54,769 nucleotides of DNA from the IMG/VR virus record IMGVR_UViG_3300005532_000251, positions 1 through 54,769 of that record. The stretch is one strand, 5' to 3'. The position numbers and the translations under genes are program-made. This stretch comes from a virus. Taxonomy: Duplodnaviria > Caudoviricetes. Positions 36,844 to 46,324 of this stretch are shown here, piece after piece. The first letter of the stretch is position 1; each line of letters begins with the position of its first letter. The notes beneath the pieces are model-generated. The model worked only from the letters and a program-made list of their open reading frames with translations. It did no database searches and was not told where the DNA came from.

Positions 36844-36964
36844 TACGGTTCATTCTGGAAATTGCAATGTTCATTCTGGCAACCGCGTCATTCCTCGATT
36901 AGCTCCACAGGCCGATGCATGCGATGTCGAAACACCGGATAACGTCGCGGTTGCCATTACTTCA

Positions 36965-37381
36965 ATGAAAGCAGAGTACCCTATGCCCCGACGCAGAACC
37001 TTCGCCCCCAAAGAAATCCACGCCGACTGGTGGGACAGCCATGAAGTCGTCATTATCCGGCCCCTCAGAGAAGAAGACAACGAAGTCATTCAGGATAATC
37101 TCAGCGAAATGATCGCAGGAGACGCGAAGAACGCCTCGATGGCCTTGAAGCTCGGCACCTCACGTCGGCTGACGATGCTCAGAGCAATACAGTCCTGGAC
37201 ACTCACTGATGAGCATGGCCGCGCGCTGCCACTCAATGAGCAGTCAATCAAGGATCTCGCGCCAGAGGACGCTGACTACATTTACAGCGAAATCAACGCC
37301 CTCAATGCGCCGATGAGTGAGGCCGAAAAAAAAGCCTCTTCGATGACTGCTACGCCTGGTTCGCCGGCAAGTCCCGCATAG
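36965..37381 (+). CDS. Tail assembly chaperone (G-like)
   Basis: I.SW.L.DE.G..LP....I..L pattern; slippery A8 near the end. The start may be 36983. Confidence 0.8.
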   Translation: MKAEYPMPRRRTFAPKEIHADWWDSHEVVIIRPLREEDNEVIQDNLSEMIAGDAKNASMALKLGTSRRLTMLRAIQSWTLTDEHGRALPLNEQSIKDLAPEDADYIYSEINALNAPMSEAEKKASSMTATPGSPASPA

Positions 37382-37554
37382 TTCCCGCCGCCATTATCGA
37401 ATCAGCAATGATCGAGCTTTTCGGCGGCTGGCAGAGCTATCAAAGCGCGCCGGCCATCGTTGTCGAAGAGCAGAGACTTGTATGGCTGGCCCGGCGCAAA
37501 GCTGAGTCAGACCGCGCCTCCGAAGAACGCTACGCCCTCGATACTCCTCGATAG
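37325..37554 (+). other. Programmed -1 frameshift site and GT-like extension
   Basis: GAA AAA AAA GCC; the -1 frame is open for 73 codons (SLFDDCYAWF...FGGWQSY..AP...) to TAG at 37552-37554. Confidence 0.85.
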
Positions 37555-37566
37555 TTCCAGACACAC

Positions 37567-37597
37567 AAAAATGCCCCGGCTTGTATTGCCGGGGCAT
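37567..37597 (-). terminator. Intrinsic terminator of the antisense moron
   Basis: ATGCCCCGGC/GCCGGGGCAT stem with T5 on the minus strand. Confidence 0.7.
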
Positions 37598-37608
37598 GGA
37601 TGGCGGAG

Positions 37609-37953
37609 CTATGCGCCGAGGCGGATGATTTTTTCCATATGCTTCATCTCACCACCGCCAGGGCGATTTGTGAGATGAGCATAGCCGCCATAGAAGTCAA
37701 TGAACTGCCTCTCAAGCCTATAGATCATCGATGGATCTCGTTGCGCATCGTCATGAATTGGAATAATAGTCACGATAGGCTCGCCGCCTTGCGCCCAGAT
37801 ATTACGGATGACCCTGTACCGCTCCTGCTGGCTGTGATTGCCCCTGGCGGCATAAAGATGAGAACGGATGCGACCAAGATATCCACAGCCAGAACCTTTG
37901 CCAACATAGAACACGTTGCCATTAGGATCTGCAATGGTGTAAACATAGCTCAT
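37609..37953 (-). CDS. GIY-YIG nuclease domain protein
   Basis: YVY..DP..VFYVGKG..R..SH, LERQFI and LTN..GG motifs. Confidence 0.85.
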   Translation of the reverse strand: MSYVYTIADPNGNVFYVGKGSGCGYLGRIRSHLYAARGNHSQQERYRVIRNIWAQGGEPIVTIIPIHDDAQRDPSMIYRLERQFIDFYGGYAHLTNRPGGGEMKHMEKIIRLGA

Positions 37954-38372
37954 GATGAGATCTCCTTTGCCCGCTCTCTGCGCAGTAATTCGCGGACAAA
38001 TTTTGATCCTCCTCGCTTGAGTACCCACTCTTTGAGCGATGGCTCAAGGCGTATAAGCAGTTGAGCAGTAAATTGTGTCTCTTCTAGCATCGCCACCTTT
38101 GAAAGAGACTTCGCTTTTTCCTGATAGTAGCCCAGTGGAAAATCCGCCTGGTCGGATGGTGACAAGGGCTGCCCATCAAAGGCATCCATCGGCAGCGTAT
38201 TCATCACGTCGATGATGGTATCAGCTTTCCCCATCTCGGCGAGGCGAGGCAAGGCAGGAACAATGATCTGCGTTGGACTCATGCTGGCAACCTGGTAATC
38301 CTGCGTATGCACTGCACCCTCGCGTTCGAGCTGAGCAAAAAGCTTGCCCAGCAAGTATCCTTTACTTGGCAT
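37950..38372 (-). CDS. Cas11c (Cas8c/Csd1 C-terminus)-like protein fused to a ribbon-helix-helix domain
   Basis: GYLLGKLFA.LE, Y..AS.SP.Q, LS..DQ..F.LGYYQ match the Csd1 C-terminal consensus as I recall it; C-terminal QLLIRLEPSLKEW...GGSKFVRELL is RHH-like. Confidence 0.65.
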   Translation of the reverse strand: MPSKGYLLGKLFAQLEREGAVHTQDYQVASMSPTQIIVPALPRLAEMGKADTIIDVMNTLPMDAFDGQPLSPSDQADFPLGYYQEKAKSLSKVAMLEETQFTAQLLIRLEPSLKEWVLKRGGSKFVRELLRRERAKEISS

Positions 38373-38775
38373 ACGCCGCCTCCCATTCCTCTGCGAAGAT
38401 TCTGATACCCTCGCTACGATGATCGATCCAGAAACGAGCATCGCTACGACGGTTGATGATCGCCATGAATGTAGTCCTCGCCCGCACTGCCTCCTCCGGG
38501 CTTCCTTGTGCCTGCGCAAAGCGGCGCTCGAACTCATTCACAAATTCCTGGCGAATGGTCGCGGCCCAGGCGATTTGCTTCTCTGAGCCAATCAACGCGG
38601 CCAGCCCCAACTCTGCTGCCTGTGCGCTGGCTCGTGCCACCTGCTCACTGCGTTTGCATGCAGAACAAGGCTCTCTTTGTAGCCAGGTGATCTTACGCTC
38701 TCGCTCAGCCTCTTTGCCATAAAGTTCAACCTGCTCACTATGGCTGCAACTGTGAATTACCATGTATTTTGCCAT
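38362..38775 (-). CDS. Conserved phage protein (Zn-ribbon plus GSEKQ.AWA..IR)
   Basis: AAGGAG RBS; H.C.H..C..C, GSEKQIAWA.TIR and A.FWID.R motifs. Confidence 0.75.
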   Translation of the reverse strand: MAKYMVIHSCSHSEQVELYGKEAERERKITWLQREPCSACKRSEQVARASAQAAELGLAALIGSEKQIAWAATIRQEFVNEFERRFAQAQGSPEEAVRARTTFMAIINRRSDARFWIDHRSEGIRIFAEEWEAAYAK

Positions 38776-38806
38776 TGCCTTACATCTCCTTGTTTGTAGT
38801 AACGTT

Positions 38807-38846
38807 TGTATATACATATTGTATATCAATGGCGCTTACTTGTCAA
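38807..38846 (-). promoter_or_regulatory. Moron promoter with palindromic operator
   Basis: TTGACA-17-TACAAT (38846-38818); palindrome TGTATATACA at 38807-38816 and a related TGTATATCA over the -10. Confidence 0.75.
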
Positions 38847-38889
38847 CACTTTCCTTGACCACTTTTGAATTCTCGCTGAAAGTCACTGC

Positions 38890-41800
38890 ATGTCTGATCT
38901 CGCGCTGAACATCCTCATCAACGCTCAAGATTCGGCGAGCGCGATCCTGCGCAATGTCGGCACCGCGATCTCCGATCTCGGTTCTGGCAACGTGCTCGGC
39001 GCTGTCGCGGCTGTCGGTACGGCTGTCGTTGGCATTGGCGTCGGTGCGGTCAAAGCTGCCGGCGATTTCCAGGCTTCGATGACAAAACTTGTCACCAGCG
39101 CTGGCGAGAACAGCAACAATCTCCAGCTCATCAGCAATGGCATCAAGCAGATCGCCGTCGATACTGGAACTTCCACCGATCAGCTCGCGGCGGGCATGTA
39201 CTACGTGGAGAGCAGCGGCATCCATGCAGCCTCCGCACTCGCGACGCTTCGTGTGGCGGCGGAGGGCGCAAAATCAGAGAACGCCGACCTTACCACCGTC
39301 AGCAAGGCGCTCACGACGGTGCTCACCGACTATCACATGGATACCTCGAATGCCGCCGCAGCGACCCTGTCCTCAACGCAGGCGATGAACGGCCTCATCG
39401 CCACCGTCCAGAACGGCAAAACGAGCTTGCAGGAGCTGTCGTCAAGCATGGGCGCGGTGCTGCCGATTGCGTCATCCCTGGGCATCTCGTTTCCGCAAGT
39501 GGCCGGCGCGATGGATACCATGACCAATGCCGGCATGACCTCGCGACAGGCAGCGATGAATTTAGCCCATGTGCTCCTCGCGCTTTCATCGCCCTCTGGA
39601 GTTGCTGTCAAATCGATGGATGCGGTGGGCTTATCTGCGCAGCAGGTGAAGGACGCCCTCGTCCATCAAGGGCTGCCGGAGGCGCTGCAAATGATCGAGG
39701 ACGCCGTGGGGAAGAAGTTCCCGGCTGGATCGGTCCAGTATGAAACAGCGCTCAAGAACATTACCGGCGGTATCATGGGCTTCAAGCTCGCGGCCCAACT
39801 CACCGGCGACAGCCTCAAGCAAACCGAGGCAAACATTGAGAAGGTCACAGCGGCGATGGCTGGCGCGAAGAACGGCGTGCTCGGGTGGGATCTTGTTCAG
39901 CAAAATTTCAACTTCCAACTAGACCGGGCAAAGCAGGCGCTCCAGGTCCTCCTCATCAACATCGGTCAGCAATTACTTCCCGGACTCACAAAGATTGCCG
40001 CAGCGATCACGCCGGTCATTGTCGGCTTTGCCAACTGGGTATCGCAGAGCAATATCATTGGCAACGCGCTTTCCGCCGTCGGCACCGTCCTGCAATGGCT
40101 CTTTGGCCTGTTTCAGCAGGCATGGAGTGTTTTGCAACAAGTCGGCGCGGCCATTGCCCCGATCTTCGACAACTTAGCTTCCCAGGCGCAGACGTGGGGC
40201 CAGAACGTCATGGCGGGCTTCATCGCCGGCATCGAATCCCTCATCGGCGATCTTGAAAGCATCATGAACCAGGTCGCGCAGAGCATCGCTGATTTCATCG
40301 GTTTTGCTAGCCCGTCGAAGCGTGGCCCTGGGCGCAATTTGATGTCCTGGGGCCCGGCGATGGTCAAGGGCTTTGCTGATGGGATCCGTGCGGGCGCGGA
40401 CCGCGATATGGACGACGCGATCAGCCACGTCACGAAGCATTTCGGCAAGCTCCATGACAAAGATGATGCAAAGCGGCGAGGCAGGCGGCGAGCCGAGCAG
40501 GACCGCGATGCAGAAGTGCAGGCTGCGCAGACGAGCAGTGCCAGCAATGGCCCCAACTCAAACGGCGTGCTCGCTACCGTTTCGCTCGCCTCGTCTGGCG
40601 CCGGATCTGCGCACTCAAGGCTTACCAGCGCGCTGCATAGCAACACCTCGGCCTTAGCGCAGGCACGGCTTGCGCTCTCGGAGCAGAAACTGGCCCTCGA
40701 TCAGCACAAATTCGCCTTCACGAAAAGCCTCGATCAGCAGAAGCTCGCACTGGATCGCACGAAGGTCGCCTTGCAAGAGCATAAACTGGCCCTGGACCAG
40801 AACAAGCTCGCACTCACAAAGAGCGTCGATGCACAGAAGCTGGCATTGCAGGAGCAGAAGCTCCACCTGGAAGCGCTGAAAGCGAACACCAAAGCGCTCT
40901 CCTCGCGTGCCAAAGGCGGCGGCGCAGGCGGAGCGCTCGGCACTGCGAGCAATGCCGCAAAGCAGCTCTCGCAGATCAAAGTGCCTGATATTGGCAAGCA
41001 GATCAGCGATTCTGTGAAGCATGGCGTGGACCAGGCGAAGCAGCGCCTGACAGAGATGGTTTCGCCGATCACCAAAGATGTGAGCGTGGCTCTGAGTCGC
41101 CTTGCGCCGGCCTGGAAGAGCATCAAGGATGGCGCGATCTCCGTGTGGCAGGTTGTGCAGAGCGAGCTTATCCCATCGCTGAAACAGGTATGGCAGGCGC
41201 TCTCCCCTGCCTTCACTATGTTCAAGGAGCTTGCCGGGGATGCGCTGAAAGTGGGGCAAGCCATCGGGACCTGGCTGACAAAGGGCGGCGGCCTGGCTGC
41301 GATGTGGCAGGGCTTTATTGGCGTCGTGAAGATCGTCATTGCTGTCCTCTCGACGGTCTTCACCATCATCGGAAAGACGCTCGCGCCAGTGTTCCGCCAG
41401 CTTGCTCAGACGGTGCAGACACAGATTATGCCGGCGTTCAAGCAACTCTGGCAGGCGATACAACCTCTGCTTCCCACGCTCAGAGATATGGCTATCGTGC
41501 TCGGCGGGATTCTGCTTGCAGCGCTGGGGATTCTCCTCGGCGTCATCGGCGGCGTGCTACGCGGCCTGGCTGGCTTTATCTCTGGTATGATCCAGGCAGT
41601 CGGCGGCGTGATTCAGATTTTCTCTGGCCTTATCACGTTTTTCATCGGCTTTTTCCAGTTCATCATTGACCTTTTCAGCGGCAACTGGAGCAAGCTAGGT
41701 GACGATCTCAAAACGATGTGGAGTGGTATGGTCCTTATCGTGGAGGGCGCATGGAACACGATAGAGGGCATCATCAATGCCGGCATCGGGCTGGTCAAGG

Positions 41801-42516
41801 GCCTCATCTGGGGCTTCATCTCGACGATCATCACCTACTTCCAAAACCTCTACAATGCGCTCGTCGGACACTCCATCATCCCTGACCTCGTGAACGGCAT
41901 TCTGCAATGGTTTACAACGCTTATCACCGCCGGGCCACAGACGCTCCAAAAGCTGGTCGATTGGATGACCACGACTTTCAACAATCTTCTGAGTGACGCG
42001 ACGAACTGGGGCCGCAATCTCATTGGCAATATCATTAATGGCATCAATTCAATGCTGGGCAATGTTGCGCAGGCAGCCTCGAATGTCGCGCAGACCATCG
42101 CCAACTATCTCCACTGGGCTTCGCCAACGAAGAAAGGTCCTGGCGCCTCCTCTGATAAATGGGGCGGCAACCTTGTGAAGACCATCGCGCACAGCATGAC
42201 CGAGCACATCAGCTACATCAACGCCGCAGCAGGACAGATCGCCGCCGCTGCGAACCCCTGGGCCAGCCAGGCCAGCATTGTCAATGGCATCGAACTCCCT
42301 GATTACGCGACGGGAACTGGCTACTTCTCGATGAACACCCCGTATGCGCAGCCATCGCAGTCGGTCACCGTCGGCGCGATCCATGTCCACTTGAATACCT
42401 CAGATCGCGATGCTGAGCAGCACGGCAAAAAAGTCGCTGAGGTCGCAAAGCGCGAGCTAGCGAAGATGCTGCGCCAGCAGTCGATAGCGCCGCGCTACAC
42501 GTCGGGAGGGCACTGA
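38890..42516 (+). CDS. Tape measure protein (TP901-type)
   Basis: I.I.AQD.AS N-terminus; TP901 core domain; W/F-periodic amphipathic repeats. Confidence 0.93.
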   Translation: MSDLALNILINAQDSASAILRNVGTAISDLGSGNVLGAVAAVGTAVVGIGVGAVKAAGDFQASMTKLVTSAGENSNNLQLISNGIKQIAVDTGTSTDQLAAGMYYVESSGIHAASALATLRVAAEGAKSENADLTTVSKALTTVLTDYHMDTSNAAAATLSSTQAMNGLIATVQNGKTSLQELSSSMGAVLPIASSLGISFPQVAGAMDTMTNAGMTSRQAAMNLAHVLLALSSPSGVAVKSMDAVGLSAQQVKDALVHQGLPEALQMIEDAVGKKFPAGSVQYETALKNITGGIMGFKLAAQLTGDSLKQTEANIEKVTAAMAGAKNGVLGWDLVQQNFNFQLDRAKQALQVLLINIGQQLLPGLTKIAAAITPVIVGFANWVSQSNIIGNALSAVGTVLQWLFGLFQQAWSVLQQVGAAIAPIFDNLASQAQTWGQNVMAGFIAGIESLIGDLESIMNQVAQSIADFIGFASPSKRGPGRNLMSWGPAMVKGFADGIRAGADRDMDDAISHVTKHFGKLHDKDDAKRRGRRRAEQDRDAEVQAAQTSSASNGPNSNGVLATVSLASSGAGSAHSRLTSALHSNTSALAQARLALSEQKLALDQHKFAFTKSLDQQKLALDRTKVALQEHKLALDQNKLALTKSVDAQKLALQEQKLHLEALKANTKALSSRAKGGGAGGALGTASNAAKQLSQIKVPDIGKQISDSVKHGVDQAKQRLTEMVSPITKDVSVALSRLAPAWKSIKDGAISVWQVVQSELIPSLKQVWQALSPAFTMFKELAGDALKVGQAIGTWLTKGGGLAAMWQGFIGVVKIVIAVLSTVFTIIGKTLAPVFRQLAQTVQTQIMPAFKQLWQAIQPLLPTLRDMAIVLGGILLAALGILLGVIGGVLRGLAGFISGMIQAVGGVIQIFSGLITFFIGFFQFIIDLFSGNWSKLGDDLKTMWSGMVLIVEGAWNTIEGIINAGIGLVKGLIWGFISTIITYFQNLYNALVGHSIIPDLVNGILQWFTTLITAGPQTLQKLVDWMTTTFNNLLSDATNWGRNLIGNIINGINSMLGNVAQAASNVAQTIANYLHWASPTKKGPGASSDKWGGNLVKTIAHSMTEHISYINAAAGQIAAAANPWASQASIVNGIELPDYATGTGYFSMNTPYAQPSQSVTVGAIHVHLNTSDRDAEQHGKKVAEVAKRELAKMLRQQSIAPRYTSGGH

Positions 42517-45500
42517 TGTATACCCTGGTGGCAAAGCAAGACCGCACCTCCAATGTGCCCGCCGAATCCATCGATATCGAAGGCGTTGCTGGCGATCCTG
42601 TTGGCAAGGCAACCTTCCAGGTGCGCGATCCAGGCAGCCAGATCGCGCTGCATTGCCTCGATGAAGTCATCATTGTCGATGAGAATGTTGCGCTCACGCC
42701 GTCAGGCACCGTTCCACAGCCGATCAACGAGGCGCTGACGACCAACGACCTCGCGGCGAACTGGACCTCAACGAATAACCCCAGTGGCAACCCTGCGACC
42801 TGGACATACAATGCGGGCAGCGGAGGGACTGCGCTTTCGCTCTATGGCACAACCGCGACATCCTCGACGCTCACCACAGCAGCAAAACTCGCATCAACGA
42901 CAGGGGGCGCTGCCTCATCGGTCACGACGACGATCAACGCCGGCAACGGCTACTATGAACTGCTTGGATTAGGGGGTACCTCGACGGCTGTGGGGAGCTT
43001 GCCAGCACCGACAGGCAAAGGCTGGCTGTTCGATACCACAAGCTTAGAGGGACAGAGCCTCTCTAGTGGCAATTACACCTTCATCGGGAAACTCGCGGTA
43101 GGCTCTGGTACGCTTGGCCCGGCGACGCTCACCATTCGCGTCTACAAACGCTCAAGCTCCGGCGTCTATACCGCGATCACGAGTGCCACGACATCATCAT
43201 TTACGATCACGACGACAGCCACTGCCAAGAGCAGTTCGGTCACTGGCATTGCAGGGGTGAGCTTTAGCACTGGCGACAAGATCTATGTCGATGCCTTCCT
43301 GAATGCTGCACCAGGCTCCTCGCGCAACATCGCCTTCAGCGTCAGTTCAACATCCTCCGGTGTCGCCCAGGACCTCGAAGTCGATACGCCAGGCTACGGC
43401 GCCACATCGCCGGCCAATATCACGGCGAGCGGCGGCGCATCGGCGCTGCTTCTGTACAACAACTGGATGGCGCAGAGCGTCTCACTAAGCTGCACCATGA
43501 CGCAGAGTGACTTCGGCGGCCTTGCGTGGAACGTCGTTGATACCAGCGATTACTATGAGCTTGCGGTGCGCGATGCCAGTTCGCCAGTGCCGAATTCCTT
43601 GCAACTCTTCAAAACAGTGAATGGCGTGCGCAGCACTATCGGGCCATCGAATGTCGCGATCAGCTTTACGCGCGGCACCTCGCACACCGTCTCCGTCAGC
43701 GCCGCCTACGATGGCACGAATACCTCGATTCTCGTCAGCTTCGATGGCGTACAAAAGATCAGCTATGTCGATACACAGCCGCTCGCAACAGGCCAGGTCG
43801 GCCTGCGCAATGACACGTTTAGCGGCGCATCATCCTCGATCTACACGGCATTTTCGGCGACCAGCAACGATATCCCGACGCTCATGGTGAGTGTGCCGAC
43901 GCATAATTATCTTGGCGATAATAATTTCAATTTTGGCGCACAGAGCTGGCATGATGTCGGGACGCTCACTGGCCTCATCACCTACCCCAATGGCAGCTAT
44001 CCGAGCAATGGCGTCTACGGAGCCGCAGCCGTCGCAACGCTGACCTTTAGCAACAATGCCGTCGGCACCGCGCTCGCGGCGCAGACGATCACGAACGTGG
44101 GTCTCGCTGCGACGAACTATGCGGTGGCAGGGCAGCAGTATTGCCTGTCGGCGACGATCAACGTCACCGCGCCGCTGGTCAATGCCTACGCGGAACTGCA
44201 AATCGCTTTCCTCGATGTCTCCGGGAGCATCATCGCGAGCGCAACGAGCAGCCAGATCACCTCAACCAACGGGGCGCAGCGCTTTTCTGTGCAGGGCACA
44301 GCACCAGCAGGCGTCGTGCAGCTCCAGGCCGTCTTTGGTGGCGGAACGCTCTCATCGACGAACTCCGGCACCGTGACCTTCACAGCGCTCCAGCTTGAGC
44401 CGATGTGGTTCCCTGGCATCTATAGCTATCCATCGCCGATCTGCGACTTTCTGCAATCAGACAGCATCACGCTCCCTGATGGCACGGCCTGCCGCATGGA
44501 TCGCGTCTTTTGCGGCTATATCTCACATCTCACGGTGTCGTATCTTGGCACAACGAGGATCTACGACGTGGAGGCGACGGGTTTAGACGGCCTCATGGAA
44601 AATATCACGCTGGTCAACGCGAGCTACACCAACCAGACCGACCAGGCGATCATCACCGGCATTGTCAATTCCTTGACGCAGAGCGGCAATATCTACGCAG
44701 CAACGCCCAGCCTGCAAAGCAATACGCCGCAGTCGCTCGCGTATCGCAATGTGCCGATTTGCTACGCCGGCGCCAACATTGCGGCGATCCAGTTCGCCGA
44801 CAACACGCTCAGAGAAGTCATCAATGCGCTCACAGCCATCACCGGCTTCCTGGCAGGCATCGATAATTATTACAATGTGTTCTACTATCCGCCGTTCTAT
44901 AACGCCGCGCCATATGGATTCAGCGATAGCCCTGATAACGTCACGACCTTTGCCTACTATGACTACAGCATTGAATACGATGGCTCGCAAATTCAGAATG
45001 CGCTGCGCGTGCTGGGGGCGACGGTTTCGGTGCAGGTCACAGAGACCTGGCATGCGCAGGATGGATCGCACACCGAGGGCGTAACGGGCGGCAAGACGTA
45101 TTACTTTGTGCTGTTCCACGTTCCCAACGCGGTCCCGACGCAGATCAAGTTCGGCTCGACGGTGCTGCAATGCGGCGAAGACACCAATGCCGGCTCAAAT
45201 TCTGCGCCGCTTCTGTGCAATCTTGGCAGCAATCCGACTGGCCCGCTCGGCATGATCTACATCTGGAACTCTACTGACAATGTTTCCGCTGGCACACAGA
45301 TCAGCGTGACCTACACCTACGACCAGGATACCTATGTCGAGGTGCGTAGCCCGGATAGCATCGCGCAGTATGGCCGGCCTTTGTATTCAAAGCTCAATGA
45401 TAGCAACCTCACCAGCGTTGCCGCAGCGGTGGCCGCCGGCGAAGCGCAGCTCCAAAGCTATGAATTGCCGCGTATCACGGTGAAATTCAAAACACAAAAA

Positions 45501-45782
45501 TTGGTGCTGCCAGGCCAGGTCATTGAACTTACCAGCGCCCAGGACGGCTTGAACCGCGCGCATTATGCCGTCCAGAAAGTCACCGCGCGCTATCTTGGCA
45601 ACGCCATCAATGAGTACGAGGTCGAGGCCGGGACCTACATCGATGATTTCGTCGATTTCTTCAGGAACACGCAGAAGGCCATTAACCGCGTCGATCACAA
45701 CCCTGCTGACCCCGTGTTGCAAACGAATTTGACGATGATTGACAGCGTGAGCTACACCGACAGCCTCAACATCCACACCTAA
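42516..45782 (+). CDS. Tail tip/hub protein with inserted carbohydrate-binding-like domains
   Basis: Follows the tape measure; hub-like segments (RVFCGYI, IQNALRV.G, SIAQYG, PGQVI.L) interrupted by T/S-rich beta-sandwich domains. Confidence 0.75.
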   Translation: MYTLVAKQDRTSNVPAESIDIEGVAGDPVGKATFQVRDPGSQIALHCLDEVIIVDENVALTPSGTVPQPINEALTTNDLAANWTSTNNPSGNPATWTYNAGSGGTALSLYGTTATSSTLTTAAKLASTTGGAASSVTTTINAGNGYYELLGLGGTSTAVGSLPAPTGKGWLFDTTSLEGQSLSSGNYTFIGKLAVGSGTLGPATLTIRVYKRSSSGVYTAITSATTSSFTITTTATAKSSSVTGIAGVSFSTGDKIYVDAFLNAAPGSSRNIAFSVSSTSSGVAQDLEVDTPGYGATSPANITASGGASALLLYNNWMAQSVSLSCTMTQSDFGGLAWNVVDTSDYYELAVRDASSPVPNSLQLFKTVNGVRSTIGPSNVAISFTRGTSHTVSVSAAYDGTNTSILVSFDGVQKISYVDTQPLATGQVGLRNDTFSGASSSIYTAFSATSNDIPTLMVSVPTHNYLGDNNFNFGAQSWHDVGTLTGLITYPNGSYPSNGVYGAAAVATLTFSNNAVGTALAAQTITNVGLAATNYAVAGQQYCLSATINVTAPLVNAYAELQIAFLDVSGSIIASATSSQITSTNGAQRFSVQGTAPAGVVQLQAVFGGGTLSSTNSGTVTFTALQLEPMWFPGIYSYPSPICDFLQSDSITLPDGTACRMDRVFCGYISHLTVSYLGTTRIYDVEATGLDGLMENITLVNASYTNQTDQAIITGIVNSLTQSGNIYAATPSLQSNTPQSLAYRNVPICYAGANIAAIQFADNTLREVINALTAITGFLAGIDNYYNVFYYPPFYNAAPYGFSDSPDNVTTFAYYDYSIEYDGSQIQNALRVLGATVSVQVTETWHAQDGSHTEGVTGGKTYYFVLFHVPNAVPTQIKFGSTVLQCGEDTNAGSNSAPLLCNLGSNPTGPLGMIYIWNSTDNVSAGTQISVTYTYDQDTYVEVRSPDSIAQYGRPLYSKLNDSNLTSVAAAVAAGEAQLQSYELPRITVKFKTQKLVLPGQVIELTSAQDGLNRAHYAVQKVTARYLGNAINEYEVEAGTYIDDFVDFFRNTQKAINRVDHNPADPVLQTNLTMIDSVSYTDSLNIHT

Positions 45783-45795
45783 GCGAAGGGCCTCT

Positions 45796-46314
45796 ATGAG
45801 CAACAATATCCACTTTGAAGGCGTTGTGCGCGTCTACGAACTCAGCGATGCACAGCTCCTCGATGCTGATTTTCAGCGCTGGTGGCGGCGCTTTTCGCTT
45901 GCTGAGAAGGAACGCGAAGCGAGGCTGGTCGTCGAGACGCGCAATATGCTGATGAATGCCGGGCGCACGCAGCTCCTCAACTTCGTCGGCTCTAGCGGCT
46001 CGACGAATGCCTTTGCGCAGTACTATGCCGTCGGCACTGGCGCGATCTACACGGTGACGCCCTCGGATTCTTCGATTGCCGGCGAACTGTTCCGCGCGCA
46101 GCCGGCGTCGTACTCCATCGTCGGCAATGCGGTCACGGTCTCGACGAATTTCACGACAGCGCAGGCCAATGGCACGTACACGAATGCCGGGCTATGGGGC
46201 AACAATGCGACCTCGACGCTGGGGAGCGGTGTTTTAATGACGCATATGATCTATTCATATACGAAAACGAGCGCCAATGCCATAACATCGGATTATACGA
46301 TCACATTGACATAA
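45796..46314 (+). CDS. Minor tail/baseplate protein
   Basis: N.L.NAG..L, YYAVGTG, ELFR, ANGT.T.AGL pattern. Confidence 0.7.
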   Translation: MSNNIHFEGVVRVYELSDAQLLDADFQRWWRRFSLAEKEREARLVVETRNMLMNAGRTQLLNFVGSSGSTNAFAQYYAVGTGAIYTVTPSDSSIAGELFRAQPASYSIVGNAVTVSTNFTTAQANGTYTNAGLWGNNATSTLGSGVLMTHMIYSYTKTSANAITSDYTITLT

Positions 46315-46324
46315 GGATACTCCT

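Noticed and set aside
29494-45782. Diversity-generating retroelement or invertible tail-fibre switch behind the duplicated domain
   Set aside because: No reverse transcriptase; the copies are diverged throughout rather than at adenines and lie in the same orientation.
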